Below are positions 53,936 through 64,000 of a stretch of DNA of 64,000 nt, piece after piece. This DNA is from Eledone cirrhosa (Eukaryota), in contig OZ024743.1 of the NCBI GenBank assembly GCA_964016885.1, forward strand, positions 20,150,001-20,214,000, in the 5' to 3' direction. The notes under the pieces were generated by a model. That model saw nothing but the letters and a program-made list of their open reading frames with translations. It was not told where the DNA came from and ran no database searches. Both the position numbers and the translations under genes were made by a program. How positions within the stretch are numbered: the stretch's first letter is position 1; the number at the start of each line of letters is the position of its first letter.

Positions 53936-55827
53936 AGAATAAATGGGAGAAAGACAGTCTCCCCCACATCGACCCAATAGAGGGACCAGCAGTGTTAGTC
54001 GAAGGTAGTATAATAAGTAAGGCAATCAAAGATATAAAGATGGGTAAGGCGGCTGGGCTTTCGGAAATAGTTGCTGAGATGCTGAAAGCCTCTGGAACGG
54101 TGTGGGATACCATGGTCACCCGGATAGTAAACCAAGTCATACAGAATGGGGTTGTTCCGAAGGACTGGCGTAGCAGCATCCCCATTAACTGTTACAAGGG
54201 TAAAGGAGATGCCCTAGATAGGAGTAACTATAGAGGCATTAAATTAATCGACCAGGTCATGAAGGTCACGGAAAAAGAAATAGCGCAACTAATCAGAGAG
54301 AGAATTGATCTAGATGAAATGCAGTTCGGGTTTGTGTCAGGCAAAAGTACCACAGACGCTGTTTTCATTGTACGACAACTAGAGAAGTACCTAGCTAAAA
54401 GTAAACCCCTGTACTTAGCTTTTGTCGACTTGGAGAAAGCCTTCGACAGAGTCCCTCGTTCCATTATCTGGTGGGCTCTTAGAAAACTAGGTGTTGATGT
54501 ATGGCTTGTGAGAGCTATACAAGCCATGTATAAAGAAACAGTCAGCAAGGTTAGAATTAACAACGAATATAGTGAAGGCCTTAAAATTAACCTGGCTAAG
54601 ACTAAAGTTCTAGTTTGTAGGAAGGAAAATAGGGCGCCGGCCCCATCCGGGAAATGGCCATGCTCAGTGTGTAGGAAAGGCGTAGGTAGAAACTCCATTT
54701 TATGTCCCAAATGCAAAGTATGGGTGCATAAAAGATGTAGTGGGATCACAGGTAAGCTAACTAAGAACATAGATTTTACATGTGGCCAGTGCTCTGGTGC
54801 AATAAGTAGCAGCAAGTGCCCACAAAATACTAGCTCTTTTAATTGCACAGAGGGTTCTATAGAAATAGTGGACAGCTTCCGTTACCTGGGTGACAAAATC
54901 AGCAGCGGGGGAGGGTGCTCTGAAAGTACAGTAGCTAGAGTCAGAACTGGATGGAAAAAGTTCAGAGAGCTTATACCACTATTAGCCGCTAAAGGGTTCT
55001 CCCTAAAAATGAAAGGCAGGCTGTATGATGCCTGCATACGAACAGCAATGTTGCATGGCAGTGAGACCTGGGCATTGTGTGCAGAGGATATACGCAGACT
55101 TGAGAGGAAGGAAGCTTTCATGCTCCGCTGGATGTGTAATAGTAATATACGTGAACGGAAAAGCATTAACGAACTAAGGGGAAAATTAGAAATAAGAGGG
55201 ATCAGATTTTGTTTACTCGAGAGAAGGCTACGTTGGTATGGTCACGTGATGCGCATGAAAGATGACAGCTCTATAAAAAAGTGCAGGGCAATAAAAATAG
55301 ACGGTAACCACGGAGTAGGCAGACCCAGAAAAACCTGGGACGACTTGATAAATTCCGACCTCACACACTTACACCTCTCCAAGACAATGTCACTGGACCA
55401 AGATATTTGGCGCTACACAGTAATAGAGAAGACCCGCCTTACCTAAGTCCAAAGTGAAACCTACTACAGTAAGTAGGCACCTCTAACAAAATACACCCCT
55501 GTCCCGCTACCCCCACCCCATCCACACCGCCTCTTTCAATGTAAAGTTATGTTGGTACCACAACATCCAGGACAAAACAAATGAGGTCGTGTAGGTGTCA
55601 CGACAAAAAAAACACACAGTCCACGCTATAATGTGGCCGTGTAGGTAACACAGTAAAAACCTCCCAGTTCACACTGTAAATGTGGTTAGTGTTAGGAAGG
55701 GCATCCAGCCGTAGAAAACCCGCCAGACAGTCCTATGTGAGCAAGACAACCACTCTTGCCTCAAGTGGGAAAACTCCCGTCCAAACCCATGCAAGCGTGG
55801 AATATGGACGTTAAACGATGATGATGA
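53936..55827 (+). mobile_element. 5'-truncated RTE-clade LINE with internal in-frame deletion
   Basis: Same family as 8329-9904, with 3' UTR ending TGGACGTTAAACGATGATGATGA. Confidence 0.9.
53992..55446 (+). pseudogene. RTE ORF2 fragment (484 aa open frame) lacking the QG/YADD catalytic core, PHD-type finger retained
   Basis: GKAAG, NYRGIKL, QFGF and FVDLEKAFDRV are present, but NNEYSE joins directly to GLKINLAKTK. Confidence 0.88.
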
Positions 55828-55849
55828 AAGGGAAGAATGGAAAGAGGCA

Positions 55850-56085
55850 AATGTAATCATTTGTCCAGTTACTTCCCCTTCGCACTGGTTGCTGTCAAGA
55901 CCTCAGGTATAATTGGACCCCATACAGCCAAACTCCTCCATAAGATCGGAACATTGACAGCCCATTTGAGGAGGGAGCTCTGCAAGATTGGATGGCTGTT
56001 GCAGCAGGTGTCGCTGGCCATTGTCTGCGGGAATGTGTTTGCAGCGTTGTCTGCAGGGCACAGCCCTTCTGCCTCCATTCCCTAG
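55850..56085 (+). mobile_element. 3' fragment of a CRE-like element
   Basis: VAVKTSGIIGP...WLLQQVSLAIVCGN matches the xETxGxxGP...LxQRxSxAxxRGN C-terminus of RLE-type non-LTR elements. Confidence 0.7.
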
Positions 56086-57766
56086 GCCTAAAGCCTAATC
56101 ATCCTCCCCCTTCAAACCTCCCCTTTCTTCTGCGACACTAGAGTTCTTGCCATCCCCTCCCTTCCCATTGTTTTTCTTTCTTTTTCTTTTTTTTTCTCTA
56201 TATTTTCCTTTTTTTATCTTTTGTTTCTTTTCTATTAAACTGATGTATATTTAAACATGCATATATATGCAAAAGTTTAAATTAAAACAATACTATAAAT
56301 GAATAAATGATTAAGTGTACTGGCACCTAAGTTTGATGTGAAGTGTCCAGGTGGATAAACACATGTAAATTGTGTGGCTGTTCTTTGGGGTTTTTTTTAC
56401 AAATGTTCACTGTGCCATGGCGCCATGACATAGAAATAACATCATATATAAGATTTTTAAACAGATGATAGTCACACAAAAGTGAAGTTGATGTAAATAA
56501 TTACTACAGGGATCAAAATAAAGTGAAAAGAAACATAGCTGTTACAAATATATTTCGAAGGCTTGATACTTCACTGAAAATAGTTGAATGGATTTTAGAG
56601 AGGGGATACTAATATGCTAATGCACTACATTCATAGTTATGCATAAATCTTTATATCTATCATAGAACTCACTTTTATCCTATGGATATATATGAATATA
56701 TTTACTAGATAAAACAATATATATGGAAAAAAGGTTGGACAAACAGTCAACTCAACGGATATGACTTGAATATAAACTCATTGTAGTCATATAGCTATCA
56801 CTATTTTTACTTTAAAAGTATTATTATTTTTAGTCTCTTTAAGAAAATGTCTTGTCTCAGTAAGAACCAAAATATTTTGATTATTCAACTTTATTTCTAA
56901 AAAAATATATCATATTGAATATATGTTTGCCTTATGATGCTGCACAGAAAAATCTTAAGAAAAGGCAATGTTTCTTTTGTTATTTTATTCTCATATTGTT
57001 GTGTCACAAAAGCTATTAAATAATGATAATTGATAACATCAGTAGACTTTTTCAAGATTTCATTCAATAATAAATCTTTCTGCTTTTCTATTAATATCTA
57101 ATTGCTAGCATGATGCTTTCATTGATACATCACATAAAGAGGCTTCATTAATTATCTTTTCTTGTAAGTAAAATCATTTAAGACAGATATTTGATTATAT
57201 TATTTAGCAATCATATAATCATGCCTGGATTAATATATATTTTCTTTTGCTTTTTATCACATGACAAGTGAAACAAAAGATTCAGAATTTAATGTTGGCC
57301 AATTGAGGAATTATCTTTTCAAATTGTAATGTATTAGTGGTTTTCTTTTCAAAATACATTACAGCTCATCAGGGGTGGTTAACAGTGATGATGATGCTGA
57401 CAACAATGATTGTGATCTCCAACAATTTTCTGTAATATTGAAAAAAGTTATTTTCTTCAAATGTTAATATAAATTGATTTAATTCTATACTTGAAACATA
57501 GCTCACAGAATGTAGCTGGTAATGTATCATGAGGAGAAGCAGAATAAATGGTTTGTGTCATTCAGCTTAAATGTCATCATCTGTAGCCTTGGTTCACCTT
57601 AGCAAGGATCCTTCTGTTGTAAACATTTAGATATGTCCTCCATTTTATCAGTCAGTTTCAAAACCCTACAAAGATTATGGGAGCCATCCTCTCTACTTCT
57701 TACTAAACAATAATGAAACAATTATTTTAAAAACCTTTAATCAAATTCTTACCATATTCCATACTT

Positions 57767-58859
57767 TTAACCCTTTAGTATATGCATTACTGTATATATA
57801 CTATTATATTTTCATAGTAAAGACTTTACGAGGCCACCTGTGAGACGTGGGACCAGCTGGGACGTAGCCCAGTAGACGTCCCTCCTCCTTCTCCCCGTTG
57901 ACGTCAAGCCCCCCCCCCCCCCCCCCCCAACGCACTTGGGATGCCATCCAGTGCAGCCTGGCCTCAGACAGGCTCATGCGCCAGCTTGACCAGCACCGCC
58001 TTGCTTGTTTTCGTGCGTCCTCCAAACCCCACAGTAGTGCCTGGCTCCATGCCCTGCCCTCCTTCTCCACTGGCACGCAGCTAGACAACCATAGCCTGCG
58101 CATCAGCGTTTCCCTGAGGCTCGGCCTCCAGATCTGCTAGCCACACCAATGTCGCTGCGGTTCCACTGTGGACGCTTTCAGCCTCCACCCACTTTCCTGT
58201 CGCCACAGTGCCAGCCGTATTCCATGCCATGCTGCCCTCTACGAGGTCATTAAGCATGGCTTAGATGCTGCAGGCTTCCCTTCCCAGCTCGAGCCGGTGG
58301 GGCTGGACCAAGGGGACGGCAAAAGGCCAGATGGCATGACCATCTTCCCGTTCCGGAGTGGCAAACTCCTCATCTGGGATGCCACTTGCGCCGACACTTT
58401 CTGCAGCCACAACCTGGTGCAGTCTGCGACTGACCCAGGTTCTGCTGCACGTCGGGCTGAGGGGCCAAACTTCTCAAATACTGGTCACTCTTCAACAGGT
58501 TTGCGGTCATACTGCTGGCAGTGGAGACTTCTGTTGTCCTCGGCCCTAGGGCTACCTCCTTACTCACCACCATAGGCGCTGAGATGGCCAGCCGCAGGTG
58601 TGTGGCCCCGCGAGTTGGAGTGGCTTTTCCAGCACGTCTCCCTTGCCGTCCTCCGGGGAAATGCCCCATTGCATACCGTTGTAGTTGTTATAGAAGAAAC
58701 AGGAAGACAACAACTGGAAAGTTTGATTTTCTACTTTATCTAAAACTATTATAGCTATTGAAACACCACAGTTAGTGGCTGTTTTAATGTCGTTTGACCT
58801 TTCAACTCAATGGACATTCTTCTTGTATGACTAACAACACCACATCAGGCAAACCCCCG

Positions 58860-58903
<44 letters not shown>

Positions 58904-59067
58904 CCTCTTTCTCTCTCTTTCTCTCCTCTCTCTTTCATTATCTCACATAATATTGAATCTATGAAATTTGTTATTATTTCGAGAACAATACCTTAATATC
59001 AGTATGAGCAGCCAGTTACAGCCAGTTTGAACAGAAAGAGGTGACAGAACGATGCTAAAGGTTTAAA
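57767..59067 (-). mobile_element. piggyBac-like MITE split by a ~1.1 kb insertion
   Basis: 57767-57828 and about 58937-59067 are contiguous parts of the reverse complement of 2876-3086. Confidence 0.7.
57829..58680 (+). pseudogene. CRE-clade non-LTR retrotransposon 3' part (CCHC-type knuckle and restriction-like endonuclease), GC-rich
   Basis: SSAWLHALP...LRISVSLRLG, CRCG...HPLSC, DGKRPDGMTIFPFRSGKLLIWDATCADT and ETSVVLGP. One stop and frameshifts. Confidence 0.85.
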
Positions 59068-59319
59068 CTATCTGATATTAAAAATGCTGGAATATACTAT
59101 GGTCAAGAGATTTTAATGTTTCTCATCTATATTATCAAACAATAAATCTTAACATATAAAATAAATGTATTTATATATGTTCTAAGTTGTAGGCCACAGA
59201 CTTGCACCTAGAGTAATTGGAATTTGGCATAGGGCAACATCTTTTCAAAGTGAGAATAATAGGCTATGGTTCTTTTACTGGAATTTATCCTTTATAGTAC
59301 CTAACAGAAAAAAACATGA

Positions 59320-62300
59320 ATATATTTTATTACCCATCGCCTACAATTATCATTAGAAAAACAAATGATGTTTTGTGCCACCCCTTATCTACAGTCATAA
59401 ATCTTTGAAAGAAAGTGATTGAGAATGTAAGCGGCCAAAATGGGTTTCCTCCAAAGGGTTTTTAGAGTAATGTTACTCAATAGAGTGTGCAGCTCAGAGA
59501 TCAGAGAGTCACTACAGGTAGAGCAGCTACTTCACCGAATTGAGAGATCAGAAGTAAAAAAACTATGGGCATGTGGTTAGAAGAAGAAGAAGAAGAAGAA
59601 GATTATTCAGTTAATCTTCAAAATGTTGATATTGATAAATGTACCCAGTACATACTGTAAAGTGGTTAGTTATAGGAAAAACATCTACCATTACATCGTA
59701 TTATACTGCTAAATTCTTCTTCTCCTCCTTCCTCCTCCTTCTTCGCCCACTTATTCTTGAGAGGATTGCAGTAGCAGAGTCCTGAAACACTCCTTCAAGT
59801 GAGTCTTATCAGAAGTAACTGTCCAACTGATCCAGCTGGATCTCCAAGCCAAGCCCATGGTTGTTATTCAATGATTCTTGCTCAGGATCTACCCCTGTGT
59901 TTCTTGCCAGTTGGCTTTGCCCATAAAATCTGTCCAGTGATTCTTTCCTAAGATATTTTAACACCAATCCCATAGTATCGGAGCTGTGATCTCTCAATTC
60001 AGTTAAGTAGCAGCTCTACTCGGAGTGACTCTCTGATCTTCAAACTATGCACTTTATCGAGTAACATTACTCCAGAGACTCTTCAGAGGAATCTCATTTC
60101 AGCTGCTTCTATTTGCGATCATATTCTTTCAGTCATTACACAAGATTCATGACCATAGGTATGGGTTGGCACGTAAACCGAATTGAAGATAACAAGTTTG
60201 GCTTTTACGCCTACCTCCATTCTTCTGATTACTGAATGCTGAAGACGGCGAATTTTAATACTTAATCCTAGAATCTATTAACAGAGGCGATAGACGTGAA
60301 TTATGTTTTTTTATCATTTTAATCTATGAGAAAAAGTATGTGTCCACAGACCAATTATAAGGAATCTAAATAGATTTCTGTAAAGCTGCTGTTTTATATA
60401 AAAACTAGTATCTGTTTTACTTTAATTCAGTGGCCTAATTTGGTAATTGACAAAGTGCTTTAGGAAAGGCATCAAAAATTTTCTTGTTTAGGAAATTCAG
60501 CAAAGATTATTCTTTTATAAGACTGTTGTTAGATATAATCATTATTCATTTGTACATTCAGTCTAGATATTCCAAGCAGATATTCTAATCTATTCACAAT
60601 GCAAAAGTTGTAATAGACTTAGCTTGATTTGAACTGAAAAGCTTAAACTAGCAAAATAGTTGTCAAATATCTAGTTAGTTTAATGCTACAAAATTAAATT
60701 ACCCTTCCTCAGGTTCTTTATTACAAGTCACAGCATAATCTTTTTCTAAAAAAAATGACTTGTTTTTACTTAATTCTGACATTGTTACTCCTAAGTCATG
60801 TATCGTAATACAGCAAATAGCTCATCCTGCTTATCATACAAACTCTTCAATTATTTTCATGGAGTGTAATTGTGTACTCCTCTTGCAGCTTCAATGTTTT
60901 CAAATAAAATTTAAACAAGCAGAGTTATATTTTGTTATGGTTTTATTAAAGTTAGTTACTTGTTAAAATTATTAGCTGAAAAACTATTTTAGATTCTAGC
61001 TTTTAGTTTTTATCTATTTAATAACATTAAATTATCCACCTGCTATTTGTGAATGCCAGGTTTACAGAAATAGTCAGAAAAAACTATCAATATATTTTAC
61101 TACCAATCACCTACAATTACCATTAGAAAAACGGCTGATTTTTGTGCCAGCCCTTATCTATAGTGATGAATCTTAGAAAGAATACGATTGAGAATACAAG
61201 CAACTAAAATGTGTTACCTCCAAAGGATCGTTGGAGTAATGTTACTCGGTAGAGTCACAGCTCAGTGATCAGAGAGTCACTACAGGTAGAGCCACTACTT
61301 CACCGAATTGAGAGATCAGATGTCAAAAGCTATGGACATGTGGTTAGAATGTCTTAGGAATGAATTGCTGGACAGATTTGATGGGTAAAAACCAACCAGC
61401 AGGACACCCAGCAGAAGACTCCAAGTAAGATGGTTGGAGAACATCCATGAGCTTGGCTGGCCTTACTTGGTGATCCATCCATATCAGTTGGAGGCGGTTG
61501 CTTCTGGCAAGGCCCATCAGATGGAGTGTTTGAGGACTCTGCCTCCACGACTCTCTCAGGAATAAGAGGGTAAAGAAGAAGAGTAGGAGGAGGAGAAGAA
61601 GAAAAAGAAGAAAATAATTTAGTTAATCTTCAAAATGTTGATCATGATAAATGTACCCAGTACATACTGTAAAGTGGTTAGTTATAGGAAAAACATCTAC
61701 CATTTCATCGTATTAAACTGCTAAATTCTTCTTCTTCTTCTTCTTCTTCTTCTTCTTCTTCTTCTTCTTCTCCTCCTCCTCCTCCTCCTCCTCCTCCTCC
61801 TCCTCCTCCTTCTTCTTCTTCTTCTTCTTCTACCCCCTCCTTCTCCCCCTTCCTCCTCCTTCTTCTTCTTCTTCGCCCACTTATTCTTGAGAGGATTGCA
61901 GTAGCAGAGTCCTCAAACACTCCTTTAAGTGAGTCTTATCAGAAGTAACTGTCTCCAACTGATCCAGCTGGATCTCCAAGCCAAGCCCATGGTTGTTATT
62001 CAACGATTCTTGCTCAGGATCTACCCCTGTGTCTCTTGCCAGTTGGCTTTGCCCATAAAATCTGTCCAGTGATTCTTTCCTAAGATATTTTAACACCAAT
62101 CCCATAGTATCGGAGCTGTGATCTCTCAATTCAGTTAAGTAGCAGCTCTACTCGGAGTGACTCTCTGATCTTCGAACTATGCACTTTATCGAGTAACATT
62201 ACTCCAGAGACTCTTCAGAGGAATCTCATTTCAGCTGCTTCTATTTGCGATCATATTCTTTCAGTCATTACACAAGATTCATGACCATAGGTATGGGTTG

Positions 62301-63517
62301 GCACGTAAACCGAATTGAAGATAACAAGTTTGGCTTTTATGCCTACCTCCATTATTCTGATTACTGAATGCTGAAGACGGCGAATTTTAATACTTAATCC
62401 TAGAATCTATTAACAGAGGCGATAGACGTGAATTATGTTTTTTTATCATTTTAATCTATGAGAAAAAGTATGTGTCCACAGACCAATTATAAGGAATCTA
62501 AATAGATTACTGTAAAGCTGCTGTTTTATATAAAAACTAGTATTTGTTTTACTTTAATTCAGTGGCCTAATTTGGTAATTGACAAAGTGCTTTAGGAAAA
62601 GCATCAAAAACTTTCTTGGTTAGGAAATTCAGCAAAGATTATTCTTTTATAAGACCGTTGTTAGATATAATCATTATTCATTTGTTCATTCAGTCTAGAT
62701 ATTCCAAGCAGATATTCTAATTTATTCACAATGCAAAAGTTGTAATAGACTTAGCTTGATTTGAACTGAAAAGCTTAAACTAGCAAAATAGTTGTCAAAT
62801 ATCTAGTTAGTTTAATGCTACAAAATTAAATTACCCTGCCTCAGGTTCTTTATTACAAGTCACAGCATAATCTTTTTCTAAGAAAATGACATGTTTTTAC
62901 TTAATTCTGACATAGTTACGCCTAAGTCATGTATCGTAATATAGCAAATAGTTCATCCTGTTTATCATATAAACTCTTCAAATATTTGCCTGGAATATAA
63001 TTCTATACTCCTGCAGCTTCAATGTTTTCAAATAAAATTTAAACAAGCAGAGTTATATTTTGTTATGAGTTTAGTAAAGTTAGTTCATCATCATCATCAT
63101 CATCATTTCATTTTACGTCCGCTTTTCTCTGCTTGCAAGAGTGTGATGGGAACTGATTCTGGCTTGATTTCTACAGCTGGATGCCCTTCCTAACACCAAC
63201 CTCATTTACAGTGAGTGTTGTGTGCTTTTTTGCCGTGGCACCTCCACGACCACTTTTCAGTCCCTATTATCTAATTTCTACAGCTGAGTAAACTGGAGCA
63301 ATGTGAAATAAAGTGTCTTGCTCAAGGAAACAACACATCACCCGGTCTGAGAATTGAACTCACAACCTTTAGATTGAAAGACCAATGCTCTAACCACTAA
63401 GCCATGTTAAAATTATTAGCTGAAAAACTATTTTAGATTCCAGTTTTTAGTTTTTATCTATTTAATAACCTTAAATTATCTACCTGCTATTTGTGAACGT
63501 CAGGTTTACAAAAATAG
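59320..63517 (+). repeat. Tandem segmental duplication (unit A ~59320-61072, unit B ~61090-63517)
   Basis: Colinear near-identical blocks, for example GTTAATCTTCAAAATGTTGAT near 59610 and 61622 and the duplicated MRDHSSDTMG ORFs. Unit B has extra sequence. Confidence 0.9.
63086..63404 (-). mobile_element. Family B SINE (tRNA head, CORE-like body, RTE-like tail) present only in duplicate unit B
   Basis: Unit A reads GTTAGTTACTTGTTAAAATT, while unit B has 319 bp between GTTAGTT and TGTTAAAATT. The (CAT)n tail is at the left end. Confidence 0.9.
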
Positions 63518-64000
63518 GGATTCATATCAAATTTATGCTTTTAGAATTTTCTGTTTCTTTTATTCTCGTATTCTGTTTAAGGAGGTAAGAAAGAACCCAC
63601 ATCCTTTTTTGTCTTGCCATACCATTAATGAGGGGAACTGAAGAAGAACCCATAGCATATGGCTAATTCTCAGACCAAAGACTTACTCTAAATGCCCAAA
63701 AGAATAGACATTACAAAAATTAGATAATGGTATTAAACAATACAATCAATAAAATCAACCACTCATGTACATCTGACTGGATTCTACATAGTTATTGTCT
63801 TCTATTTTCATTCATATGGTTTGGTTGTACCTGAGGCAATGATAGAAGATATTTACTGAAGTAACGTTTAATACAGCAAGCTTATTTAGTATTTATAATT
63901 AGATTTGCTTTCTGTTGTATCTAATACATACCATTCTTGAATGTTTCACACCTGGTCAAACTGTATCTGTTAGACATGCAATGACTAACAACAGAATGTT

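Noticed and set aside
59809-62129. Duplicated ORFs MRDHSSDTMG as a gene pair
   Set aside because: They fall in a decayed LINE remnant copied by the tandem duplication, with no splice or domain support.

Overview
AT-rich, repeat-dense eukaryotic genomic DNA. The SINE, LINE and microsatellite content suggests a mollusc, most likely an octopod cephalopod (inferred, not proven). The only host coding sequence I can support is one 122-bp internal exon (30747-30868, +) of a TBL1X/TBL1XR1/ebi WD40 corepressor gene. I did not find its neighbouring exons, so most or all of the window is probably two very long introns. These carry RTE-clade LINEs with a PHD-type finger inside ORF2, CRE-like restriction-endonuclease fragments, two tRNA-derived SINE families, piggyBac-like and hAT-like MITEs, a mariner remnant and a ~1.8-2.4 kb tandem duplication. 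The most notable locus is 39.3-43.7 kb, a Penelope-like retroelement inside a (TA)n microsatellite. Its RT half is inverted relative to its GIY-YIG half and it has a minimal type I hammerhead ribozyme at the 3' end. On its 5' side is a 438-bp-period tandem repeat carrying two copies of a different minimal hammerhead (pLTR or retrozyme-like). All three ribozymes lie on the host-gene sense strand. Most short ORFs in the supplied track are microsatellite or antisense artefacts. Boundaries of decayed repeats are approximate.
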